IMG/VR virus record: IMGVR_UViG_3300020414_000729
Location: 1 to 43,111 of that record
Length of the DNA: 43,111 bases
Source of the DNA: a virus
Taxonomy: Duplodnaviria; Caudoviricetes
Reading direction: 5' to 3' (one strand)
Shown here: in pieces, positions 7,270 through 15,689 of the stretch
Numbering within the stretch: position 1 is the stretch's first letter
Layout of the letters: every line of letters begins with the position of its first letter
The notes under the pieces: model-generated
Seen by the model: only the letters and a program-made list of their open reading frames with translations
Told to the model about the DNA's origin: nothing
The model's database searches: none
Made by a program: the position numbers and the translations under genes

Positions 7270-7354
7270 AAAAAGGGCGCACCCACACAGTGTCACACAC
7301 ATCTTACTTTTGTTCTCACTCCAGCAGGTAAGAGCAGAGGAGGATTGTAGGTGC
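7270..7354 (-). ncRNA. Candidate structured RNA or terminator with exposed anti-SD
   Basis: Outer stem 7279-7287/7346-7354, inner stem 7311-7319/7328-7336, unpaired AUCCUCCUC, followed by U5. Confidence 0.4.
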
Positions 7355-7908
7355 TACACATTAAACTGTTTATACCTTTCATATAATTCTTCTCTTTCAT
7401 TTACTAATTGTTTATAATCTTTTACTTTGAAATTATCATAGTATTTTGTTTTTTGTAGTTTTCTACTTTCATGCACTAAATCACTGAGCTTCTGCACAAA
7501 GATCATGGGATAGGGTCCAACTTCCTCGTCATTGTATGCATTAGTACCGAACAGCTCAACACCTTCTTCGGTATCATCTGGGTGGCTGCCCATTATAAAT
7601 ATGTCTTGCTTCCATAAGATACATTGATTTTGTTTAGTTATGAAATTATTAAACTCGGTAAATGACCTTTCGTTAAAAGTACTTACGAGTATAAGTATGT
7701 CTTCCTTATGGTGATCAAAGGTAGGAATAAATTTTTCGTAAAAAGACTCAGAAAATAAATTTGTATTTATCTCTATTCTAGCCCTTTCTTCATGTAGTGC
7801 TTTAGCAGCATATGGGCACACAGGCAACCAATCTAATAACTCGTTCGGTTTAGCTAAAAATTCGTAAACCCAGCAATGTATATCTTTTTCAATCTTCGAT
7901 GATAACAT
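7354..7908 (-). CDS. DUF1415-like protein
   Basis: W...CPYA, HP and PYP motifs resemble DUF1415. Confidence 0.55.
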   Translation of the reverse strand: MLSSKIEKDIHCWVYEFLAKPNELLDWLPVCPYAAKALHEERARIEINTNLFSESFYEKFIPTFDHHKEDILILVSTFNERSFTEFNNFITKQNQCILWKQDIFIMGSHPDDTEEGVELFGTNAYNDEEVGPYPMIFVQKLSDLVHESRKLQKTKYYDNFKVKDYKQLVNEREELYERYKQFNV

Positions 7909-8170
7909 CCTCGAGTACTCCTTCCTTATTTACTCGTACACTGTGTGAAAAACCTTTTTTCTCAGGTTTATGCATTGCCATAGCTTTAGAAAACTCAGGA
8001 CTTATATAGCCCTGATTTTCTAGTTGTTGATTGTTTTGTATTACTTGTGCTATGCGTTTAGCATAACTATTGGGGTCAGCTATGTATTGATAAGACTCTT
8101 GATTACCATTTGAATCGTAGCCTATTTCAGTATAACCTTCCTCTGTGACTTCAAATTTATAATATGTCAT
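7889..8170 (-). CDS. Hypothetical protein
   Basis: GGAGG RBS; promoter P12. Confidence 0.75.
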   Translation of the reverse strand: MTYYKFEVTEEGYTEIGYDSNGNQESYQYIADPNSYAKRIAQVIQNNQQLENQGYISPEFSKAMAMHKPEKKGFSHSVRVNKEGVLEDVIIED

Positions 8171-8199
8171 AGGTTCCTCCGTTTAATTATATTTAATAA

Positions 8200-8228
8200 A
8201 GTATAGCTAGGATGTATTATCATCACTA
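8200..8228 (-). promoter_or_regulatory. Class-1 promoter P12 (TAGTGA-N17-TATACT)
   Basis: Match to the element, including phased GATG/CATC boxes; overlaps 3' end of the TerS-like gene. Confidence 0.7.
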
Positions 8229-8725
8229 GCATTTTTCGTTATTATCTTTTGCTCCTCTTCCTCTAATTCTTCAGGTTCTACTTCTATTATTTTACCAGCA
8301 GGTAATACACCACCTGTATCATAATAAAGTTGTTTCATACGTTCTAACACTTCTTCTTTTGACATGGTATCTACTCTGTTTACAGTAAGTTCACTTCTGT
8401 TCACATACAAACCTGCAGCTTTACCACGAGCCACCTCTGCTGTGACTGCTGCAGAGAAAGCATTATTACGCATAGCACCATCACGAATATCTTTCAAATC
8501 TTTTAGATGAGTTCCTAAACTTAATTCTGCCTTGTCTGCAGCTTTTTCTTGCAACTCACTTATTCTCTTTTGAACTAATGGATTATCTTTACTCGTTAGC
8601 ACTGTACCAGCTTTCCCTGCATTCTTCTCGCTGTACCCAGCATCTTTTGCAGCATCTTTCTTGCTCATGCCTTTAGCGACATTTTGAGCAAATTTTTCTT
8701 GCTTTGGTGTTAGCTTATCCGCCAT
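8207..8725 (-). CDS. terS: Terminase small subunit-like HTH protein
   Basis: LTPKQEKFA...AAKDAGYS N-terminal HTH followed by helical oligomerisation region. Confidence 0.7.
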   Translation of the reverse strand: MADKLTPKQEKFAQNVAKGMSKKDAAKDAGYSEKNAGKAGTVLTSKDNPLVQKRISELQEKAADKAELSLGTHLKDLKDIRDGAMRNNAFSAAVTAEVARGKAAGLYVNRSELTVNRVDTMSKEEVLERMKQLYYDTGGVLPAGKIIEVEPEELEEEEQKIITKNASDDNTS

Positions 8726-8946
8726 ACTCTAAACTGTGTCATACCATCTTCAAATACTTTTCTGGTGGTAAACTTTTTATTGTTTCTTCTACAGTATTGA
8801 CTTAAAGCCACTCTCATTTTTTGAACTAACGTAGGCTCAAAAACAACTGCATAACTGTCACCGATTTCCATCTTATGATAATTATACTTGTTATTTCTCG
8901 GACCATCGTAGTTTTCGGGTATAGGTACGTTCTTTTCAAAGTCCAT
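8710..8946 (-). CDS. Small phage protein, possibly DNA-binding
   Basis: EKNVPIP...KY...MEIGDS...F..R......RVWR pattern. Confidence 0.65.
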   Translation of the reverse strand: MDFEKNVPIPENYDGPRNNKYNYHKMEIGDSYAVVFEPTLVQKMRVALSQYCRRNNKKFTTRKVFEDGMTQFRVWRIS

Positions 8947-8947
8947 A

Positions 8948-9277
8948 TTATGCCTCTGCTATATCGAGTTTTTCCCAGCTGTTCCAGTCAACATCAATAA
9001 TAGTCCTCTCATTACCTGTTCCAGGAATATATATTGACGCTCTAATATGTGGAGCAACTTTTTCACCTTGAGCATGCTCATGTATCATAAGGGCAGTCAT
9101 AGGAAACTTAACCTCATTTATATCCATGTGCATTTTATCTAGCTCTTTAACTAAAAAAGGTTTGAGTTTAGTTTCATCGAGTTGTCGATTGTACTCATTC
9201 TCTCTACCCTTTTTAATTATATTTTGTAGCTGTTTAAAGGTTGCTACTTTACCTTTTAGAGACATCGCTCTAGCCAT
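8948..9277 (-). CDS. Hypothetical protein
   Basis: GAGGTG RBS; contiguous operon. Confidence 0.75.
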   Translation of the reverse strand: MARAMSLKGKVATFKQLQNIIKKGRENEYNRQLDETKLKPFLVKELDKMHMDINEVKFPMTALMIHEHAQGEKVAPHIRASIYIPGTGNERTIIDVDWNSWEKLDIAEA

Positions 9278-9278
9278 A

Positions 9279-9839
9279 TCACACCTCTTCTGCGAATTTG
9301 GATTTTACGTCATACTTTATATCACCTAGTTTTAGATCACTGTGTTTTTCTAATAACTCAGCAACGGTTAGTTCACCAGTGTAATAAAGTTGCCTTGTTT
9401 TATTTTTATCAGATGAAGGAACTTTATCAGTAGCTTTCACCTTACTCTCCATATTAATGCTTGACACACGAACCACTTTTTTCTGTATAGGTTTTCTAAA
9501 CGAAGGTTTCTTAACCACGTTTGAGTGAAACGCTACATGATGTGGGTCAAAGTCAGAGTCACTAGGCTCTTTAGCCAGTGGTAGAAGTAATTTATAGAGT
9601 TTTCTGCATGCGTCTTGCTTATCTTTGTACTTAAACTTTTTCAAGTTATGGCACTCGATAATTTTATCTAGATGTTGCACATTGAACCATGAAGGATAGG
9701 CAAATTTATTAGGGTCAGCTAATATAAGTGACCCACCTCTAATCCTGCCTGACTTAACACTATTCACACGTACTACTCTTTTATAAGTAGTACCTTGTGG
9801 TGTATCTAAAACAAATACGACAGCTTCTTCGTCTAACAT
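9279..9839 (-). CDS. Basic putative DNA-binding protein
   Basis: C-terminal TVAELL...DIKYDV motif shared with 5710..6027. Confidence 0.7.
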   Translation of the reverse strand: MLDEEAVVFVLDTPQGTTYKRVVRVNSVKSGRIRGGSLILADPNKFAYPSWFNVQHLDKIIECHNLKKFKYKDKQDACRKLYKLLLPLAKEPSDSDFDPHHVAFHSNVVKKPSFRKPIQKKVVRVSSINMESKVKATDKVPSSDKNKTRQLYYTGELTVAELLEKHSDLKLGDIKYDVKSKFAEEV

Positions 9840-9860
9840 AATTACTTAAAATAAAAGCTA

Positions 9861-9889
9861 AGCATATATAACAATAAGTTAAAAGTAAA
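9861..9889 (-). promoter_or_regulatory. Class-2 promoter (TTTACT-N17-TATGCT)
   Basis: Same hexamers as 6070-6098. Confidence 0.7.
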
Positions 9890-9918
9890 GGATAATCTAA
9901 AATTCTTCGTAAAAAATT

Positions 9919-10209
9919 TTAGTGAAGATTGTCTTCTTCAGTCCTAAACTCAGATCCGAAGTGATAACTCAAAGCAAGATCCATTGCGGAATGCATTACT
10001 TCTCTTAGATTTTCTTCTTCAAATACATGACCACTTGGTACAGTGGTTTCAAAAAATTCTATAGCTGATTGAACAGCAGCAAATAAAAATGCTGCAGGCA
10101 CCACGCTATCTGGTGCTTCCATGTTTTCTGATATGTGTTTAGACTCTTCGACAAGACGTCGGGCTATCTCTTCAGTTAGCTCGGACATCTCGTCGAAAGT
10201 CATAGCCAT
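9919..10209 (-). CDS. Acidic hypothetical protein
   Basis: TAATG-coupled to the DUF932 gene. Confidence 0.7.
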   Translation of the reverse strand: MAMTFDEMSELTEEIARRLVEESKHISENMEAPDSVVPAAFLFAAVQSAIEFFETTVPSGHVFEEENLREVMHSAMDLALSYHFGSEFRTEEDNLH

Positions 10210-11237
10210 TATGCAGCCTTAGCATACTCCAGAGCTTTTGATATAGCTTTCTGCTTAAGTGATGCACGACCACCGAACCACGCATTATGTAATGCTGCGT
10301 CACGGTCATGACCCCACTTATGATCAACTATAAAAGTGACAGCATTAGCAGCACCCCACCAAGTACCCTTAGAGGACTTGAGGTTAGCTCCTGGCTGTTC
10401 TTCTAAAGCCTGATGTACCATTGCTGGTATACGCTTAAACTCATCAACCATTGATTGACGTGTTGCTATAGCTTTTATATCACTCATTTGCTCAATATTC
10501 TTTTGCTGTTCCAATAATTCAGGTTGGAATAGCTCAGATATATATGATACTACATTTTGTGACGTATAGTTCTTAGAACTTAAGAACTCGGCAGACTCTT
10601 TAAAGTCTTTCATACGATCACCAGCGATACCTAGTGCTTCCTCAGCAGACTTAAATACTTCTGCATCAAGAGCCGTTAAATGAGGCATCTTGAAAGAAGG
10701 TCTAGTCTTATCTGCTAAAGCATAGGTAAGAGTGTTATTACAGACAACCCTAATAGGTGTAAACCTAATCTCGTTAGCTTTGCCCCACTTATGAGATACA
10801 GAAACTAGTAAATAACCTAGTACTCTGTCATCTCCAGGAAGCGTAAAACCATCATTGATTTTAGCTAAGCCCCAGACTTGTTCACCACCTTTTAAGGCAC
10901 CAGCTGTATCCATCGACATATCTCCTACGCTAGTAAACTTCTCAAAAAATTTAAAAGCATCGGCATTTTGTGACGGTACAAACTTTGGACCACAAGGACC
11001 AAAGGTTTTGTTATCACTATCTCTTACTAAAACGTAGTAATCGTTCACAGGTATAACCTCTTTACTATTTTCTACGCTTGGCTCAGAGTGTGTGAATAAA
11101 TGCCTTTTACTTACTGTCCAATCAAGTCCAGCAGCAACAAGCATTTCATCAGGAGTAAGGTTATCTTCAACCTTAACACCTAATCCGTGCCAGGGAACTT
11201 CCCCAGCATAAGCCATTGTTTCTACGGCATGAGCCAT
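10209..11237 (-). CDS. DUF932 / TIGR03299 phage-plasmid protein
   Basis: PWHGLG, AGLDW, AGALKGG and TPIRVVCNNTL motifs; AAGGAGGT RBS. Confidence 0.88.
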   Translation of the reverse strand: MAHAVETMAYAGEVPWHGLGVKVEDNLTPDEMLVAAGLDWTVSKRHLFTHSEPSVENSKEVIPVNDYYVLVRDSDNKTFGPCGPKFVPSQNADAFKFFEKFTSVGDMSMDTAGALKGGEQVWGLAKINDGFTLPGDDRVLGYLLVSVSHKWGKANEIRFTPIRVVCNNTLTYALADKTRPSFKMPHLTALDAEVFKSAEEALGIAGDRMKDFKESAEFLSSKNYTSQNVVSYISELFQPELLEQQKNIEQMSDIKAIATRQSMVDEFKRIPAMVHQALEEQPGANLKSSKGTWWGAANAVTFIVDHKWGHDRDAALHNAWFGGRASLKQKAISKALEYAKAA

Positions 11238-11289
11238 AATTACCTCCTTCTAATAAAAGTTAAAAGTTAGGGATACTATAAACTAACGA

Positions 11290-11697
11290 TTACGAGATAA
11301 TAGCATGTTCTTTAAGAACATTAACAAGTAAATCAAGCCAATGATCAAAAGTCATCACGCATTTAATGTCAGAATTTTTATACTTATTATTAATATAATT
11401 AATAGGTGCAACGACTCTTATAGGTTGTCTATCGAACTTATATATAAGTATAGGTATTTGATCCTCAGCAGATTTTTCTACTTGATTCCACCATGCATCT
11501 TTATACCAACTACCTTCTCTATATCTTTTACATTCAATAACGTGTAGGGGAATAGTTAGATCGCCCTTATCTTTTTCTTGATACTGTTCAAGGTTTCTTT
11601 TACAAACATAATCAATGTTATGCTCACTAAGGAAAGCGTTGAGTTTCTTAGCAATGTCACGCTCAAATGAAGCACCTTTGTTTCTTACATTAATCAT
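11290..11697 (-). CDS. Holliday junction resolvase-like PD-(D/E)XK nuclease
   Basis: RNKGASFER, GDL and IECKR motifs. Confidence 0.8.
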   Translation of the reverse strand: MINVRNKGASFERDIAKKLNAFLSEHNIDYVCKRNLEQYQEKDKGDLTIPLHVIECKRYREGSWYKDAWWNQVEKSAEDQIPILIYKFDRQPIRVVAPINYINNKYKNSDIKCVMTFDHWLDLLVNVLKEHAIIS

Positions 11698-11920
11698 TAA
11701 CCACCTCTATATCTGCCGTAGTTTCTATCACAACTCTAGCACCACAGGACAGGATGGGCTTATCATTGCCCCCATACCTGACTGTACTCTCTCCTAGAAT
11801 TTTAACTGCGTGACAGTAAGTATTATTCTTTCCTTCTTTTATAGTAATAACTGGCTCATCAGTGCCGTGTTTCAAGTTAGCTTTGATTTTATGTTGATTG
11901 ACGTGAATGTATTTCTTCAT
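11690..11920 (-). CDS. Conserved phage hypothetical protein
   Basis: IHVNQH...PVITIK...LSCGARV pattern. Confidence 0.7.
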   Translation of the reverse strand: MKKYIHVNQHKIKANLKHGTDEPVITIKEGKNNTYCHAVKILGESTVRYGGNDKPILSCGARVVIETTADIEVVND

Positions 11921-12143
11921 CTTCTATCATCTCCCTTTTCTGTCTTGGCATGTACCCTAAAGCCCAGCAACTTATCACTATAAGTTTTTTCTTTATATCG
12001 TCGTATGAGTTCCAATCTCTTATTTCCTCAGCTGTGCGACCACAACCTTTACAAACCACAGTACCCCATTGAGTGACTGAGCAAGTTCCTATACATGGAG
12101 AGTCAGCTAAGCCTGTTGTTCGATGTAGAGATTTCTGAGCCAT
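11889..12143 (-). CDS. DUF1289 family Cys-rich protein
   Basis: SPCIGTC...CKGCGRTxEEIxxW. Confidence 0.8.
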   Translation of the reverse strand: MAQKSLHRTTGLADSPCIGTCSVTQWGTVVCKGCGRTAEEIRDWNSYDDIKKKLIVISCWALGYMPRQKREMIEDEEIHSRQST

Positions 12144-12423
12144 TCCTGCTTTTTATGAGTCTTATACCATTTTCTCTAAGCCACCCTCTCAACACATCAT
12201 TATGCATATCAGGGTACTTCTCTTTTACTTTTTTACAAACTTCATTATAAACCTTTAATCCCTTGTAGTAATCACTATGCCCTAGCTTACACATACGAAC
12301 TATCTGCCACACCCTCTGTTTTGAAATTTTATATTTCATACCTATCTCTTCTAAAGTAGCGTCAGAATTTTTATACAACATGTATATAGAAAAATACATT
12401 CTCTTTTTATCGTACCTAGTCAT
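12103..12423 (-). CDS. Sigma70 region-4-like HTH protein
   Basis: TLEEIGMKYKISKQRVWQI. Confidence 0.75.
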   Translation of the reverse strand: MTRYDKKRMYFSIYMLYKNSDATLEEIGMKYKISKQRVWQIVRMCKLGHSDYYKGLKVYNEVCKKVKEKYPDMHNDVLRGWLRENGIRLIKSRNGSEISTSNNRLS

Positions 12424-12829
12424 TAATATACCTTTGTCTTAAATCAGTGCTAGAAAATCCATGTTGTCTAGAGTTGTAGTAGATTTCTTTATCAGAGCGT
12501 GGGTTATTAAATTCTGTACAGCCAGTAAATGCTTTTCCTTTATATTCCTCACCTATTATTCTTACATGCCATTTTACCATATTGAGTAAGTTTAATAAAT
12601 CTTGCTCTGTTTCATAACAAATTATTTCGTCCACATATTTACAACCCTTTAATTGTATCTGTCTTTCTATCAAACTTTGTATGGGTTTGCTTTTACTGTC
12701 TCTTTCTAAACTAGGGTCAATATGTAGTCCTACAATTAAATAGTCACAAACACCTTTAGCTTCTTCTAGCATAGCAACATGTCCTGCGTGTAATAAATCA
12801 AAAGCACTAAAAGTAATACCTATCTTCAT
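12416..12829 (-). CDS. Cytidylyltransferase (TagD / glycerol-3-phosphate cytidylyltransferase-like)
   Basis: FDLLHAGH (HxGH) motif, YVDE, and R..GFSST. Confidence 0.85.
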   Translation of the reverse strand: MKIGITFSAFDLLHAGHVAMLEEAKGVCDYLIVGLHIDPSLERDSKSKPIQSLIERQIQLKGCKYVDEIICYETEQDLLNLLNMVKWHVRIIGEEYKGKAFTGCTEFNNPRSDKEIYYNSRQHGFSSTDLRQRYIND

Positions 12830-14697
12830 TTAAAATACTCCAAATAATTTTCTATCTCTCCCCAGCTTTTACCTATCTCAGCATCTACTTTATTAGGTAC
12901 ATTGATTTTTACACAGTCTCTCATAACCTCAATGACTTTTTCACATTCCTGTTTATCTTTAACAGATATATTTAACTCGTCATGCACTTGAGTATGTGCG
13001 AGTATACCTTCTTTATGTAAATCCAGCATAGCTTTTTTAGTCATGTCTGCTGCTGAGCCTTGTATAAGTCGATTCATAGCCTTATATGTAAAAGCCCTTT
13101 TAAGCCCTTTTCCATACGTTTCGAGGGCTTTTTCGTAGGGGTAAGGGGTATCCCTATACGACATAGGTTCGTAAAGGTTAAAGCGACACTTACGTCCTAG
13201 GATAGTCTTTATATAACCTCTATTTGACCCTAGCCTAGCACAAGTATCTCGTAGACCACGGATAAAAGGTACTCGTTCATGATACTGATCAAATAGTATT
13301 TGACCCTCTTCTTCACTAATACCTAATTGACGTATGAGTTTATCTTTACCCATACCATAACTCAAACCTAGATTTATATTCTTAGCTTCCTTACGACTTA
13401 TGTTAGCCATGTCTGCTACTATTTGATGAAAGTCTGCATCATCTGTGTAAGCCTCTGCTGCCTCTTGTGCACCTTCTTGTTTAGTAAGTAGCGAGTAATG
13501 TACTGTAAGTCTAGGCTCTTGTTGAGAGTAATCAAAACAACCCCAGTGACAGTCTTCTTCTGGTATAAATAAACTTCTTATTAAACTGCCTATTTCTGGA
13601 TCACGAGCTGGTACTTGTTGTAAGTTAGGGTTGCTACAACTAAACCTACCAGTGACTGTGCCTCCATCATCTGACCTTAAAGGGTGTAGTTCCCCATGTA
13701 TTCTACCGTCTACCTCGTGGTCTAAAATCATTTTATCTATAAAAGTAGTTCTAGCTTTATTAAGTTTTCTAGCCTGTGCTATCGCTAGTGGTAATTTATG
13801 GTCATGTGCCTCTAACCAAGCAGAAGTAAAACTCGGTGCATTTAGTTTTGGCGATCTAGGGTAATCTAAACCAGCTCTGTCAAATACCTGTGCGACTGAT
13901 GCTGCTGCCCATAGGTCAGGGGTAATACCATACCAATTTTTTATTTGACTTAATATCTTTTGTTCTTTACCCTTTAACTCCTGACTAACTCTATCTGCTT
14001 TATCTAAATCGACTCTTACACCACGTCTCCTCATCTCTATAAGTACCCTTATTAAAGATGACTCAAGTTTATATATTTCACTAACCTCTTCCTCTTTTAT
14101 TTTCTCTTTTAGAGTTTGCCATAATCTATAGGTAAGGTCAGCATCTTGCTCACCATACATGCCAACATATTTGGGTTCTAATTTATACATCTCTGATTTA
14201 GGGTTTAGCCCAAATGCTTCTGCTGCCTCGGTTAAAAGTTTTTCATCTTTTAATTCTCCCATAAACCTTTCGCCTAAACTGTTGAGAGAGTATCTCCTCT
14301 CGTTTTCATTTATCAAAGGTGCAGCAATCATAGTGTCTTGTACAGTACCATTAACAGTAAAGCCCTCATAAGTAAGCCACCCTAAATCATACTGTGCGTT
14401 ATGAAATACTTTATCGTTGTCATGCTCTAACTGTTTAGCTAACCATTTATAGACTACTCCTCTATCTAAATTAGCCCCATAATGATGAGCCACAGGGAAA
14501 TAACCTTTCCAACCTTCTGTAGCTATACCTATCCCAATTATTTCTCCTTGCTTACAAGCCCAGCTCGGACCATGAGTCATAAGCAGTGGGTCTCTAGTTT
14601 CTAAATCAATAGCTATCTCTTTAGCTTGTGTTAAATCAGGGAAACTATCTGGGGGTGTCCAGTCGGACTCAGGTGGAAAGAAACTTTTTTGATCCAT
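12826..14697 (-). CDS. polA: DNA polymerase family A with 3'-5' exonuclease
   Basis: Exo DLET/HNAQYD; TGRFS, motif A DYSQQEPR, motif B RKEAKNINLGLSYG, motif C VHDEL. Confidence 0.95.
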   Translation of the reverse strand: MDQKSFFPPESDWTPPDSFPDLTQAKEIAIDLETRDPLLMTHGPSWACKQGEIIGIGIATEGWKGYFPVAHHYGANLDRGVVYKWLAKQLEHDNDKVFHNAQYDLGWLTYEGFTVNGTVQDTMIAAPLINENERRYSLNSLGERFMGELKDEKLLTEAAEAFGLNPKSEMYKLEPKYVGMYGEQDADLTYRLWQTLKEKIKEEEVSEIYKLESSLIRVLIEMRRRGVRVDLDKADRVSQELKGKEQKILSQIKNWYGITPDLWAAASVAQVFDRAGLDYPRSPKLNAPSFTSAWLEAHDHKLPLAIAQARKLNKARTTFIDKMILDHEVDGRIHGELHPLRSDDGGTVTGRFSCSNPNLQQVPARDPEIGSLIRSLFIPEEDCHWGCFDYSQQEPRLTVHYSLLTKQEGAQEAAEAYTDDADFHQIVADMANISRKEAKNINLGLSYGMGKDKLIRQLGISEEEGQILFDQYHERVPFIRGLRDTCARLGSNRGYIKTILGRKCRFNLYEPMSYRDTPYPYEKALETYGKGLKRAFTYKAMNRLIQGSAADMTKKAMLDLHKEGILAHTQVHDELNISVKDKQECEKVIEVMRDCVKINVPNKVDAEIGKSWGEIENYLEYFK

Positions 14698-14987
14698 TAT
14701 TTTTTATTAGTCATGTGACCTTCTACAAGTAGTAAATACCTTCTTAGGTCTCTTATATCATCAAGTATACCAGTGTTGCTAGGGTCTTCTGTTATAGTTT
14801 TAAATATATCGTAGCCGTTCTTTTTACACTGATTCTCTATCCTATCAAACTTTCTAGCTAACATCATAAATGCACCAACACCACCACGAGAACGCCAACT
14901 GTCACCATAACTGACCTGTGCTTCCTCTAGCTTTTCTACATCATTATGGGCTAGTAATTTAATTAAATCAAAGTTAGATCCATTCAT
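14697..14987 (-). CDS. Nucleotide-modification-associated domain 1 (DUF1599-like) protein
   Basis: YGDSW...G..G...K.DR and D..DL..Y pattern; genomic context. Confidence 0.65.
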   Translation of the reverse strand: MNGSNFDLIKLLAHNDVEKLEEAQVSYGDSWRSRGGVGAFMMLARKFDRIENQCKKNGYDIFKTITEDPSNTGILDDIRDLRRYLLLVEGHMTNKK

Positions 14988-14989
14988 AA

Positions 14990-15676
14990 TTAATACTCCT
15001 CATATTTTTCTCTACACATATTCTGCTTACCAAAATAACACCACTTACACTTCCACTTAGAAGGATTAGCAGGAAACTCTGTAGCCTCAGTCATTTCTAC
15101 AGCTCTTATATGTATCTTATCTCTTTTGATATTTATACTCTCTTGAGTATAGATGTATCTATCTATTTTACCATGATCTAAATACCACATCTCTGTGATA
15201 ATTTTTTCTAACTCAGGGTATCTTTTCAGGGCTATACCACCGTACAGCTCACACTGTTCTTTATGTGCTTCTTGATTGCCTTCGTATCTACCTGTCTTAA
15301 AATCAATTACTCTGGCTTCTTTAGAGTTTCCCTCGTCGTACACAAACGCATCTACTTTAGCTCTGCCCCATGTATCTTCATCAAACCAACCTGTTTGATC
15401 CCAGTCTTTAGTTATAGCCCAGTCACTTTCACATGTCACCTGACCAAGTTCATGTAGTTCTTTTAGTTTTACAAATGCTTCTTCAAACTCTCTTAACTCT
15501 TTCGGTAATTCGTCAAACCTACCACGAATGTACTCCTCACAAAGTTTATGCATATCCTTACCACGATCCATGGCAGGACTTCCAGGCTCTTTTATCTTTT
15601 TAATAAATTTAAACTCAGCTTGTTTAGGACACTTCTCATAACAACTAAGACGACTATAAGACCACTGTTCGATCAT
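14990..15676 (-). CDS. Cas4/RecB-like PD-(D/E)XK exonuclease
   Basis: SYSRL..CP, G..MH, KVD, IDFKTG, Q..LY, CKWC.....C. Confidence 0.88.
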   Translation of the reverse strand: MIEQWSYSRLSCYEKCPKQAEFKFIKKIKEPGSPAMDRGKDMHKLCEEYIRGRFDELPKELREFEEAFVKLKELHELGQVTCESDWAITKDWDQTGWFDEDTWGRAKVDAFVYDEGNSKEARVIDFKTGRYEGNQEAHKEQCELYGGIALKRYPELEKIITEMWYLDHGKIDRYIYTQESINIKRDKIHIRAVEMTEATEFPANPSKWKCKWCYFGKQNMCREKYEEY

Positions 15677-15689
15677 TTGATTCTCCTGT

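Noticed and set aside
1-8233. Repeated palindromic elements as a CRISPR array
   Set aside because: Copies are degenerate and separated by whole genes of hundreds to thousands of nt; they fit -35/-10 promoter geometry; no cas operon.
11275-11307. Additional class-1 promoter upstream of DUF932
   Set aside because: TATAGT is present but the -35 and SATS phasing match poorly; cannot be supported.
14990-15676. Cas4-like nuclease as evidence of a CRISPR system
   Set aside because: Solo Cas4-like exonucleases are common in phage replication modules; no array or other cas genes.
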